Source: Chloroflexota bacterium (GTDB lineage: Bacteria; Chloroflexota; UBA11872; VXOZ01). Taken from it: 64,000 nt of DNA. Of the stretch, positions 30,205 through 39,681 are shown in pieces. The notes below the pieces were generated by a model. The model saw only the letters and a program-made list of their open reading frames with translations, was not told the origin of the DNA and made no database searches. The stretch is from positions 2,240,001 to 2,304,000 of the forward strand of contig OZ244922.1 in NCBI GenBank assembly GCA_965221905.1, read 5' to 3'. Each line of letters starts with the position of its first letter. Position 1 is the first letter of the stretch. Position numbers and translations under genes: made by a program.

Positions 30205-31185
30205 CTACGCGTTATCCAGACCGAGTTCTTGGCGAACTTCCTTGACAGCTTCCACAATGACTCCAAGCTTGGCTTGCGCCTCGTCCACTGTGCGTGTCTT
30301 GAGGCCGCAATCGGGGTCGATGTAGAGTCGATCGGCGGGCACTACGTCCAGACCCTTGTATATGCCGGCCTTCACTTGCTCTTTGTCCTCTATGACGTGG
30401 CTGTGCACGTCCACCACGCCCATTGCCAGTTTCTTGGTGAACGGCGCCTGCTGCTCGAAGAGCTCGAGCAGATCAAAGTCGCTATTCGCCATCTCCAAGT
30501 CGATAACATCAACCGGAATATCGAGCATCTTGGGATAGATGGCCTCGAAGTCGCCGTAGCAGATGTGCGTTCCTGTCATGGCGGTCAATCCCTCTACGAC
30601 TACTGCCATTGCCCGGATTGCCAACGGTAAGTCTTCGGGTCGCGTGGAAACCGCCGGCTCATCAATCTGAATGAATTTCGCCCCCGCCTTCTCTAAGTCC
30701 ACCACCTCTTCGTGAAGCACCTCGGCCATGGCGAGCACGAATTCTTCCTGGGTGTCATAGTAATTGTTATAAGACCACTCCGCCATCGTGTACGGGCCGG
30801 TTATTATCCCCTTTACGGGCTTGTCGGTCAGACTTTGGGCGTACTGCCACCAGTCGAGCGAAAAAGACTTTACTCGCTTCAGCGGTCCGACCGCGATCGG
30901 CTTGCGGTAGTAGCGATTGCCGTACGACCGCACCAGACCGCTAATCTCCATCCCATCCATCATTTCGGCAAAGAAAGTTGCCATATCGCCCCGGTACATC
31001 TCGGCGTCCACGACAATATCGAGACCCAACTCATTTTGGTATTCCATCCAGAACTGCGTATGCTGGCGCTCCAATGCCTCCAATTCTTCATGCGGTAATC
31101 TACCTCGCGCAAAGTTGGTACGCGCTTTGACGAGTGCCTGCGGCTTAGGCAAACTTCCAACCTGGGTTGTCCATAGACCTTCCAT
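30205..31185 (-). CDS. Cobalamin-independent methionine synthase, catalytic Zn-binding half (split MetE C-half)
   Basis: TTQVGSLPKP, VRSYGNRYYRKP, TGPYT and QIDEP; Zn ligands THICYG, DLE and PDCGLKT. Confidence 0.88.
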   Translation of the reverse strand: MEGLWTTQVGSLPKPQALVKARTNFARGRLPHEELEALERQHTQFWMEYQNELGLDIVVDAEMYRGDMATFFAEMMDGMEISGLVRSYGNRYYRKPIAVGPLKRVKSFSLDWWQYAQSLTDKPVKGIITGPYTMAEWSYNNYYDTQEEFVLAMAEVLHEEVVDLEKAGAKFIQIDEPAVSTRPEDLPLAIRAMAVVVEGLTAMTGTHICYGDFEAIYPKMLDIPVDVIDLEMANSDFDLLELFEQQAPFTKKLAMGVVDVHSHVIEDKEQVKAGIYKGLDVVPADRLYIDPDCGLKTRTVDEAQAKLGVIVEAVKEVRQELGLDNA

Positions 31186-31187
31186 CG

Positions 31188-32165
31188 TTAAGCGACTGCC
31201 TCCTGAGCTTTCTTGACAGCACGAACCATGTTTTCCAGTTTGTCGTATGCGGTTTCTCTCGTTAGAAACTCCAAACCGGTGTTCGGGCTAATGGCTAAGC
31301 GGTCTTCAGCAACGTATTGTGTTGCCCATTGTGCGGTCTGAAGCACAGCTTCGTCGGTTTCCATGCGCACGTTGCGCGCGTCGACAATTCCCAGGATAAG
31401 GTCTCTATCATCGGGGAAGTCAGGCACCAACGCCTTATTCTGCTTGCCATGTACCATGTCAAGCCCAAATCCTTGGAACGGCAAGGCAAAGAAGTCAGGC
31501 AGACCGACCGCGTCCCCAAAGTCGGTACGTAGTAAAGTTTTCGCTCCCACGCCATCCATGAGCACGTCCATCGCCTCACGGAAGAGTCCCCAGTCATCTT
31601 TGTGCCTATGCCACACGATGGCTGGCTCATCTACTTGGATCAGCACAGGATCGGTCGCGGCCAACGCTTTCATTTCGTGGTTCAGCGCCCGCGCTGTGTC
31701 GAGTACAAGCGACTTCAGGTCTGTGTACACGCCGAGCAGCGAGAGTTTCGCGACGGTATAGGGGCCGGTGACAACCGGCTTTACCGGTCGCGAGGCATGT
31801 TCGCGCGCAAACTCGTAGTCACGAACGAGAATAGGCCCTTGCCACTCTATGCTCGCCGTCGCTTCCGGTTGGCGGTAGAAGGTGTTGGTATCGAAGTAGC
31901 GAATGAGGCCGCCAACCTCATAGCCTTGCAGCTTGCCGGCGATGTAGGTAACCGGATCCTGCCATTGAATCTGTCCGTCCGTTATTATGTCAATTCCGGC
32001 CCGTTCCTGCTCGCTTATTGCTTCCACCGTAACTATATCCGCTGCCGCAGCGAGCTCATCTACCGTAATCCTTCCCCTGTCATAGGATGCAATGGCACGA
32101 CGCAGTGTCTGCCCACCAGTCCTATTTGCGATTTTTGGATAATTTCCTGGAACCGTGCTGATCAT
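31188..32165 (-). CDS. MetE N-terminal-half homolog (non-catalytic partner of split MetE)
   Basis: GNYPKI, TDGQIQW, RYFDTNTFYRQP, TGPYT and GIVDARN; the Zn-ligand positions are replaced (RTDFGD, PNTGLEFL). Confidence 0.85.
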   Translation of the reverse strand: MISTVPGNYPKIANRTGGQTLRRAIASYDRGRITVDELAAAADIVTVEAISEQERAGIDIITDGQIQWQDPVTYIAGKLQGYEVGGLIRYFDTNTFYRQPEATASIEWQGPILVRDYEFAREHASRPVKPVVTGPYTVAKLSLLGVYTDLKSLVLDTARALNHEMKALAATDPVLIQVDEPAIVWHRHKDDWGLFREAMDVLMDGVGAKTLLRTDFGDAVGLPDFFALPFQGFGLDMVHGKQNKALVPDFPDDRDLILGIVDARNVRMETDEAVLQTAQWATQYVAEDRLAISPNTGLEFLTRETAYDKLENMVRAVKKAQEAVA

Positions 32166-32640
32166 CTACTACTCCTGTTGCTCGACACTCTATCTCCTAG
32201 CTCTATGGTATGGCACAGTGTGGCAAATTTCAAAATTCCCATTGGGCACCTCTAAACCTGCACTAGTTTAAAGAGGAGGGCACATGCTTCTTACGTGGTA
32301 TCGGATGGCACAGGACGATGACTTTTCTTGCGTGATGCGCTATATGACGGTCGGTCATAGTGCCGACAACAGCGATTTCAAATCTCAAGCGGCCTGCCTT
32401 CAATCTCCGTTCAATTTCATGCGGTGACAGAGCAAACGCTCTCAGCTATGCTAGGTATACGCCTATGCGAGGCATATGTAAGTGCGAGGCGTACGCGAAG
32501 CGCAATGGTTACAGCCGCAGCAGAATCTGCACTACCAATCATCTTGCTCACGGACTCTGAGGGTAGACTTCGGATGGTGCTCGGTGCTGTGGTGTTCTCT
32601 GCCGCGACCTGTCGTCGAAAAAGTTATGACAAGGAAAGGA

Positions 32641-33795
32641 ATGCCCGCCGTGCGGATTACCGACGTTGAAACCTACATACTCGGGGACAACTGGCGCAAC
32701 ATAGTTTTCGCGCGTGTGATCACCGATGAAGGGCTCTATGGGATCGGCGAAGCAACACTCCAAAACCGTGATGAAGCTGTGGTTGCGTATCTTCAAGCGG
32801 CTAAGAATCGGCACATTATCGGCAGCGATCCATTCAACATCGAAGACCTCTGGCTGCGCATGTACCGCGATGACTTTTGGCGGGGTGGGCCGGTTGCCAA
32901 CACGGCCCTAAGTGCGGTGGAAATTGCCTGCTGGGACATTGTGGGCAAAGCGCTTGGCGTACCGGTTTACCGTCTCCTGGGCGGCCAGTGCCATGAGCGA
33001 CTCAAGGCGTATGCCAACGGGTGGTACACCGGCGAGCGTACGCCCGAGGACTTTGCCAGACGCGCAAAAGGCGTAGTGGCAAAGGGCTATCGCGCCCTAA
33101 AGGTTGATCCCTTCGGCGCAGGCACTTACGAGATGGAAGCCGACGAGAAACGCCATTCCATTGCGCTCGTTGAAGCAATCCGGGACGCCGTCGGACCCGA
33201 TGTGGAGATCTTCATTGAAATGCACGGCCGCTTTAGCCCCGCAACGGCGATCGAGATCGCTCGTGAACTTGAGCCTTTCAAGCCTGGATGGGTAGAAGAG
33301 CCGGTTCCCCCGGAAGACCAGGATGCGCTGGAGCGGGCAGCGCGTGACATACACGTGCCGGTGGCCACGGGAGAACGACTGTTCACACGCTATGACTACG
33401 CGCGCTTCTTTAAGAACAACGTAGTTGACATCATTCAGCCGGATATTATCCACGCCGGCGGCATCATGGAGCTCAAGAAGATTGCGGCCATGGCCGATGC
33501 CCACTACGTGATGGTAGCGCCGCACTGTTCCAACGGCCCCGCCTGTACCGCGGCGAGCGTGCACTTCGACTTCTGCACAACGAACGTGAAAATTCAGGAG
33601 TGCTTCGACGACTTTGCTCCCGATTTCGTGCGCGAGGCGGTACCCGGTTTCCCGCGAGTCAAGGATGGGTATTTCTCACCGCCGGAAGCGCCGGGCCTTG
33701 GGATTGATCTCAATCTCGACGTAATCGAGGAACATCCCTACCGATTCGGCCACTTCAACCTATTCGCAGACGACTGGCAGCGCCGCGCCTACTAG
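32641..33795 (+). CDS. Mandelate racemase/MLE-family acid-sugar dehydratase (galactonate dehydratase-like)
   Basis: WDIVGKALGVPVYRLLGG, AYANGW, KVD, EMHGR, WVEEP, TGER, QPD and APH. Confidence 0.9.
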   Translation: MPAVRITDVETYILGDNWRNIVFARVITDEGLYGIGEATLQNRDEAVVAYLQAAKNRHIIGSDPFNIEDLWLRMYRDDFWRGGPVANTALSAVEIACWDIVGKALGVPVYRLLGGQCHERLKAYANGWYTGERTPEDFARRAKGVVAKGYRALKVDPFGAGTYEMEADEKRHSIALVEAIRDAVGPDVEIFIEMHGRFSPATAIEIARELEPFKPGWVEEPVPPEDQDALERAARDIHVPVATGERLFTRYDYARFFKNNVVDIIQPDIIHAGGIMELKKIAAMADAHYVMVAPHCSNGPACTAASVHFDFCTTNVKIQECFDDFAPDFVREAVPGFPRVKDGYFSPPEAPGLGIDLNLDVIEEHPYRFGHFNLFADDWQRRAY

Positions 33796-33891
33796 GTACG
33801 CAGAATTAGCCCAAACGTTGAGTCTGGCGATTGGGCTTGCAAAGTCTACAAGACCCATGAATTTGCGCATGTTCACTTGGAAGGAGTTCGT

Positions 33892-35064
33892 ATGACCTAC
33901 GACCTGGTGCTTCGCAACGGCGACATCATCGATCCCGGAGAGAGACAGCGCTTCTCTGGAGACATTGGCATTGCCGACGGCAAGATTGCTGCCATAGCTG
34001 CAGGAACGCTGGCCGGCACGGGTGCGCAGGAGATAGACGTCACCGGTCAACTCGTCACGCCCGGACTGGTGGACTTGCACGGGCACTGCTACTGGGGCGT
34101 AGGGGGCACGGGGCTCGATCCGGACCTCGTTGGCGCGCGCCATGGCGTGACCACCTGGATCGATCCCGGCAGCAGCGGCGCAGCTACCTTTCCAGGCTTC
34201 AAGCGATTCATCATCGAACCTTCGCAGGTGCGCGTGGTCCCTTTGCTGAATCTCAGTGCTAAGGGCCTGGTGCATTGCCAGGAGGTTGGCGAACTAAATA
34301 ATATGACTTATGTCGACACGGAACTCAACGCCGCCACCCTGGAGATGCACCGCGGCCTCATCGCCGGCATTAAGATTCGCGCCGGCCGTTCCAGCACCGG
34401 GCAGACTGGAATGATGGCTCTGTGGGTAGGGCGCGAAATCTGCGATCAGTTCTCACTACCTTTGATGGTCCACATCTCCATGCCGGCGCCCACCTTGCAA
34501 GAATTGCTTCCCATACTGCGGGCGGGCGACATCGTTACGCACTGCTTTCATGGCAAGCCTGGCGGCATCTTGATGCGGGGCGAAGTGCGTGACGAGGCAT
34601 GGGCAGCGCGCGAACGAGGCGTGCTCTTCGACGTGGGTCACGGCAATAGCAGTTTTTCATTCCCTGTCACTGCCGCTGCCATGGAACAAGGGTTTCCACC
34701 CGATTCCATCAGCACCGACCTGCATCAGAGGAGCATTCGCACGTCGGCAAAGAGCTTTCCCTACGTGATGTCAAAGTTCCTTGCCCTCGGCATGGACATG
34801 GAGACCGTGGTCCGGCTCAGCACATTAATTCCCGCGCAGTCGGTAGGATACGACCACGTTTGCGGTCGGCTTAGCGTCGGCGCTCCGGCGGACATTGCGG
34901 TCTTCCGGGTCGACGAAGGCAATTTCACCTTCTTGGATCCACAGGGCGAGAAACGAGATGGCAGACAGCAGTTAGAAAATACCCACACCATTGCGAACGG
35001 TGTGTTGCTGGATCGGAGCCGCGATCCGCTCGCTGACGAGCCGTTTCCTCTGTCGACTATTTGA
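33892..35064 (+). CDS. Amidohydrolase/deacetylase family metallohydrolase (dihydroorotase-like fold)
   Basis: PGLVDLHGH, GIKIR, LMVHI, GDIVTHCFHG, FDVGHG and SISTDLH; RBS AAGGAG. Confidence 0.88.
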   Translation: MTYDLVLRNGDIIDPGERQRFSGDIGIADGKIAAIAAGTLAGTGAQEIDVTGQLVTPGLVDLHGHCYWGVGGTGLDPDLVGARHGVTTWIDPGSSGAATFPGFKRFIIEPSQVRVVPLLNLSAKGLVHCQEVGELNNMTYVDTELNAATLEMHRGLIAGIKIRAGRSSTGQTGMMALWVGREICDQFSLPLMVHISMPAPTLQELLPILRAGDIVTHCFHGKPGGILMRGEVRDEAWAARERGVLFDVGHGNSSFSFPVTAAAMEQGFPPDSISTDLHQRSIRTSAKSFPYVMSKFLALGMDMETVVRLSTLIPAQSVGYDHVCGRLSVGAPADIAVFRVDEGNFTFLDPQGEKRDGRQQLENTHTIANGVLLDRSRDPLADEPFPLSTI

Positions 35065-35122
35065 TGCGTCGCGCGCACCTTCGTGGGCAGGCCTTCTGCC
35101 GCCCCGCAATGGGATAAATGCT

Positions 35123-36673
35123 ATGCAGTTCAAGTTTCTCCACACTGCAGACATTCATCTCGGCTACCAACAATATGGTCTGAGCGAGCGCTACGACGAC
35201 TTCACCGAGGCGTTCCGGTGGATAGTGGATACTGCCCTGGACGAGCGCGTTGACTTTCTCCTCATTGCAGGGGACCTCTTCGAGAAACGCACCCTCGACC
35301 CACGCACGCTCCTCATCGCCGTCACCGAGTTCGAACGACTGAAAGCCGCGGGAATTCCAGTCGTCGCTATCGAAGGAAACCACGAACGCACGTACGGCGA
35401 AATCCTTTCTTGGATGGAGTACCTAAACCAGAGCCGGCTCCTCTATCTGCTTGATTGTTCCCGCCACGAACAGGGTTGGATGCCGCAGCCATGGGACGAC
35501 GCGGAGCGCACCGGCGGGTACGTGGACATTGCAGGTGCCCGGATTTACGGCCTTAAGTATCAGGGCGCTGAGACCGGCAGGGCTCTAAACGAGATTGGCG
35601 CCGCCATCGCCGCTGCACCACCTCCTGACGGCGTGTTCTCAATCTTCCTGGCCCACACCTCGGTTGAAGGATACTACGACAAAGGGCACCCGTTTGCGCG
35701 CCAACAAGACCTAAGTACTCTCCGGCAGTGCATAGATTATCTTGCGCTCGGTCATGTTCACGTTCCATATCGAGGCACGCTGGGCGACGGGGAGTGGCTC
35801 TTCAATCCAGGGTGCCCGGAGTCTTGGAGCAGCGAAGAGTGGCAGTATGGCAACAAAGGCGCACTCCTCGTGAAGGTAGATACCAGCCGCACACCGGCAT
35901 TTTGCGCTGACCCGCTCAACTACCCATATCGCCGACCCTTTGTTCGCATCGTGCAAGAGCTCGATGCCTGTCCGTCTCCAAGCACACTCTTGGAGCTTCT
36001 TGAGAAGAAAGTGCAACGGGAACCTGTGCCTAACACGCTTACAGAAACGCCTCAACGAGCGGCGACAACGCACTCGGCGCATGGCATCGCTTCTCAGTTA
36101 CAGAAATCTCCCGTCGTCGATATCGTGCTCACGGGTGTTGCCCGCTTCTCGCGCACGGAAATTAACACTGAGGCCATTGAGCAATTGGCAAGGAACTACC
36201 TCAATCCTCTGGTTGTGCGCCTCCGGTCGTCGCTGCAGGAAGCTCTTGCCAACACGATAGAAGACGGCGACATGCATGATCGGGACGTGCTGGAACGATT
36301 GGTTCTCGAGACTCTCATCGCGGCCGACGATCGCTTTGCCTCCACGGCGGCAGACACCACGCAAATTGCAATGGCCCTCAAGCAGATGGTACTCGACGGC
36401 GTCACGAGCGGCGAGATTGCGGAGGAAGTGGGACGACGTTTGCGGTCGCAGCGACAAGCGTCAGGAACCGACGCAGAATCGGCGCCAGCTACAGTGGAGA
36501 GCGGACAGAGCGCTTCTGAGGATCGGAGCGCAGACGCCAGAGCTGCGGAGTTTATGTCTGCAAGTATAGGTGAGAGCCACGCAAATGACGAGCGCCTCCG
36601 GCACTACGTCCAACAGGACAATCTCTTCGGTTCCAGTCCTGCAAGCAAAGAGACCCCAAAGACTACGGACTAA
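35123..36673 (+). CDS. sbcD: Mre11/SbcD nuclease
   Basis: HTADIHLG, AGDLFE, EGNHE, AHT, ALGHVH and NPGCPE; long low-complexity C-terminal tail. Confidence 0.9.
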   Translation: MQFKFLHTADIHLGYQQYGLSERYDDFTEAFRWIVDTALDERVDFLLIAGDLFEKRTLDPRTLLIAVTEFERLKAAGIPVVAIEGNHERTYGEILSWMEYLNQSRLLYLLDCSRHEQGWMPQPWDDAERTGGYVDIAGARIYGLKYQGAETGRALNEIGAAIAAAPPPDGVFSIFLAHTSVEGYYDKGHPFARQQDLSTLRQCIDYLALGHVHVPYRGTLGDGEWLFNPGCPESWSSEEWQYGNKGALLVKVDTSRTPAFCADPLNYPYRRPFVRIVQELDACPSPSTLLELLEKKVQREPVPNTLTETPQRAATTHSAHGIASQLQKSPVVDIVLTGVARFSRTEINTEAIEQLARNYLNPLVVRLRSSLQEALANTIEDGDMHDRDVLERLVLETLIAADDRFASTAADTTQIAMALKQMVLDGVTSGEIAEEVGRRLRSQRQASGTDAESAPATVESGQSASEDRSADARAAEFMSASIGESHANDERLRHYVQQDNLFGSSPASKETPKTTD

Positions 36674-36679
36674 CTCCCG

Positions 36680-39595
36680 ATGCGCATTACGGAAGTCTCT
36701 CTTACGAATATCAAGAGTTACCAGGAAGCGACTGTGCGGTTTCCATTGGGCACTATTGCCATTTCCGGCCCTAACGGGGCGGGCAAGAGCACCATTCTGG
36801 AAGCCATCGGCTTTGCGTTATTCGATTGTCTCCCCTATCGCAACCAACGGGAATTTATGCGCCATAATGCCACGGAGGCGGATGTGCGCGTGTCGTTTCT
36901 GTCGCGCCTCGATGAGTGTGAGTATCAGGCCGTGCGGACGTTGCGGCGTACGACAGGCAGCGCGGAATCCGTCACGTCAACCTACTTCGTTCACAGCTTT
37001 AATTCCAATTCAAGGGTCGCCCAGCAAAAGCAGGATGTGCTGGATTTCCTGCGCAACCACATCGGTTTGGATGATTACGACGACCTGGCGCGCGTTTTCG
37101 ATAATGTCCTTGGTGTGCCGCAGGGGCGTTTGACAGCAGACTTCCTGCTCACGCCCGGTCAGCGCAAAGACACGTTTGATCCCCTCCTCCGTGTTGATGC
37201 TTACCGCCATGTCTACGACAAGCTCCGGGACGTTTTGGACGTAATGCAAGGGAACATCTCCGAGCAGGAACGCCGCGTCTCCGCGCTGGAACCCGAGGCC
37301 GCGCGACTGCCCGAACAGGTCACAGCGCTCGCCCAGTATGAGAAGCAGTACGTGGAATCTGCCGCGCAAGCACAGTTGCTCACCGCAACCCAGGCGCGTC
37401 TGCAAGGGGAATTGAAAGGGTTGGAAACGCAACGCCGGACTTTGGAGCAGCAACGGGACATCGTCCGGCAACTCACGCAACAGCAGCAGAACCTGCAGAA
37501 GCGCCTCGTGGAAGAGCAAAAACAGGTCGAAACTGCCAAGAGAGCCGCAGATCGGATGCAGAGCGCGGCCGCAGGCTACACTGCCTATCGCAAAGCACGA
37601 GAAACGTTGGCGGCCCTCGAAGAAGAGCGCAAAGCTGCCGAATCCTTACGCCAGGGCAAACACAACGCTGAAAGGAAGCTAGTCGCTCTACAGACACGGC
37701 AAGCCGCGCTGGAGAAGGGCGTGAAAGAGGCAAGTCAAGCTAAAGAGAGTCGCACCGCCCTGGCGCCAAAGGTTGCGGAGCAAGAACGCCTTGAAACGCT
37801 CGCTCTCGAATTCAGCCGGAGCCTTGGGAGTGCCCGGCAGTACGGTCGCCAGGTAACGCAAGCTCTACAGCGGGTCGCTGCCAGTGACTCTGGCGAGCTA
37901 TTTCCGCATGCAGACAAGCCCTTGCCCAGAGAAGCGAGCGAAGACGCCGTATTCGTGCAAGCGCGCCTATCGGAGCAGCATGAGAAGTTGCAGGGCGTCG
38001 GCCTATGGCTCGCACAACGCGCAGATCTGCGGAAGCGTTACCGTCAGTCGATACAAATGCGCGATGAGACTGCCGCAGATGTGGCACGCTGCCGGGCTCT
38101 CCTGGAAACCGCCTCCCAACTTGACGGCCTCACGCAGCAACTGCAGTTGGTGCAGGAAAAGATCGGCGCCTATCAAGCGCAGCGTCGCTTCAATGAGCAG
38201 TCACAGCGGATGGCTAAAAACGGCCTTTGCCCGTTCTTCCAAGATCAATGCCCGAAGGTGGACGATGGGCATAGCCTCATTCCCGTGATTGCCACCCTCG
38301 TTCGCGACTTCACCGACCACACCGCTCAGGCGACGGTTGAGCGGAACAAGCTCGAGAGTGAGGTAGCGCTCGCAAGCGATGCGCAGAAGCAGGTTAACCG
38401 CCTCGCCGACTTGGAGCCCCGCTTGCGGCAACTCGAGGAGGACCTCCTGGGCCTGGCCCAACAAGAACAAGACTTGACCCAGCGCATCGCCGCAAGCTTG
38501 CAAGAGGTCTGGCCTCCCCAAGCGATTGCTGCGGCGATTGCCTCGCTCGAAGCCAGGGAGAAGACCCTTGCGCGAGAACTGGAGGACCTGGGTAATCCCC
38601 GCCAGATAGCCGAGCGCTTGTTCGGCGCGGCCGGCGAATATGAACAGCGCATGCAGACGCTTGCCTCGGTATCCAGAGAACATCAGCGAGTCGAGGAGGA
38701 ACTGGCCCGCATTGAAGAACGCCTGAAACCATATTTCGACCTCGAACACCGGGTTACGGAAGAACGCCGGAGCATGAACGCGCACCGCGAAGAACACGAT
38801 ACGTATCTGCGCTTCCAGCAAACGGCAGCCGACCTCCCGCGCCGGGAAGAAGCCAGGGCAGCGCTTGCGGGCGACATTGAGAAAAACGCGCACGCAGTCT
38901 CAGAAGCTGGGGGACTGCTCGAAGAGTACGAGGCATCCTGGGACCCGGCCGCATTGGCTGGTGTGCAAGCAAACTTGAGCAAAACCCAAGGTGAGTTGGG
39001 CGCGGCAAACGAGCGTATCCGCCAGTTCGGCGCGTTGATCGCACAGGCAGAGCAGGATATCGCCAAGCTGAAGCAAACAGCGCGCGCGTTGCGGGAAGCC
39101 AAACAGGCTCAGGCCGAGGCGCAAGAGGTAAGGACTGTTACCAGTTTCCTGCGCAACGTGATACGCGACGCCGGGCCGCACATCACACGGCACCTCATCC
39201 AGCAGATATCCGCGGAAGCCAACACGCTCTTTAGCGAGATCATGGGGGATGCCTCCGCGGAGCTCTCACTTACGGAAGACTATGACATCCTGTTAGAACA
39301 ACACGGGCACCGGCGCGCGTTTGCACAGCTTTCCGGCGGCGAGCAGATGAGCGCGGCATTGGCCGTACGCCTGGGCTTGTTGCGCCAACTCTCCGACATC
39401 AACATTGCCTTCTTCGATGAACCAACCCAGAATATGGATTCTGAACGCCGCCGCAATCTTGCCGAACAGCTTGAGCGGGTGACAGGATTTCACCAGCTTT
39501 TCGTCATAAGCCACGATGATACGTTCGAACCGATGGTCTCGACCGTGCTGCGCGTGCGCAAGGAGAACGGCGCAAGCACAGTAGAGCAGGTGTAG
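36680..39595 (+). CDS. sbcC: Rad50/SbcC SMC-like ATPase
   Basis: Walker A GPNGAGKST, Q-loop VPQG, long coiled coil with central CPFFQDQCP, signature LSGGEQ, Walker B FFDEPT and H-loop ISHD. Confidence 0.92.
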   Translation: MRITEVSLTNIKSYQEATVRFPLGTIAISGPNGAGKSTILEAIGFALFDCLPYRNQREFMRHNATEADVRVSFLSRLDECEYQAVRTLRRTTGSAESVTSTYFVHSFNSNSRVAQQKQDVLDFLRNHIGLDDYDDLARVFDNVLGVPQGRLTADFLLTPGQRKDTFDPLLRVDAYRHVYDKLRDVLDVMQGNISEQERRVSALEPEAARLPEQVTALAQYEKQYVESAAQAQLLTATQARLQGELKGLETQRRTLEQQRDIVRQLTQQQQNLQKRLVEEQKQVETAKRAADRMQSAAAGYTAYRKARETLAALEEERKAAESLRQGKHNAERKLVALQTRQAALEKGVKEASQAKESRTALAPKVAEQERLETLALEFSRSLGSARQYGRQVTQALQRVAASDSGELFPHADKPLPREASEDAVFVQARLSEQHEKLQGVGLWLAQRADLRKRYRQSIQMRDETAADVARCRALLETASQLDGLTQQLQLVQEKIGAYQAQRRFNEQSQRMAKNGLCPFFQDQCPKVDDGHSLIPVIATLVRDFTDHTAQATVERNKLESEVALASDAQKQVNRLADLEPRLRQLEEDLLGLAQQEQDLTQRIAASLQEVWPPQAIAAAIASLEAREKTLARELEDLGNPRQIAERLFGAAGEYEQRMQTLASVSREHQRVEEELARIEERLKPYFDLEHRVTEERRSMNAHREEHDTYLRFQQTAADLPRREEARAALAGDIEKNAHAVSEAGGLLEEYEASWDPAALAGVQANLSKTQGELGAANERIRQFGALIAQAEQDIAKLKQTARALREAKQAQAEAQEVRTVTSFLRNVIRDAGPHITRHLIQQISAEANTLFSEIMGDASAELSLTEDYDILLEQHGHRRAFAQLSGGEQMSAALAVRLGLLRQLSDINIAFFDEPTQNMDSERRRNLAEQLERVTGFHQLFVISHDDTFEPMVSTVLRVRKENGASTVEQV

Positions 39596-39681
39596 CACCG
39601 AGATACAACACTATGCAGTCCTTATACTGAACAAAGAATCCCTGGAGATTCGTCAAAGTCGCGCCAAATTGGGCGCGGTCC

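Noticed and set aside
32166-32640. SAM riboswitch upstream of the split metE genes
   Set aside because: Only a GGTGCC-like fragment is present; the other SAM-I core elements (ATC..GAG, GAGGGA, GCAACC) could not be placed. An Rfam/Infernal scan would settle it.
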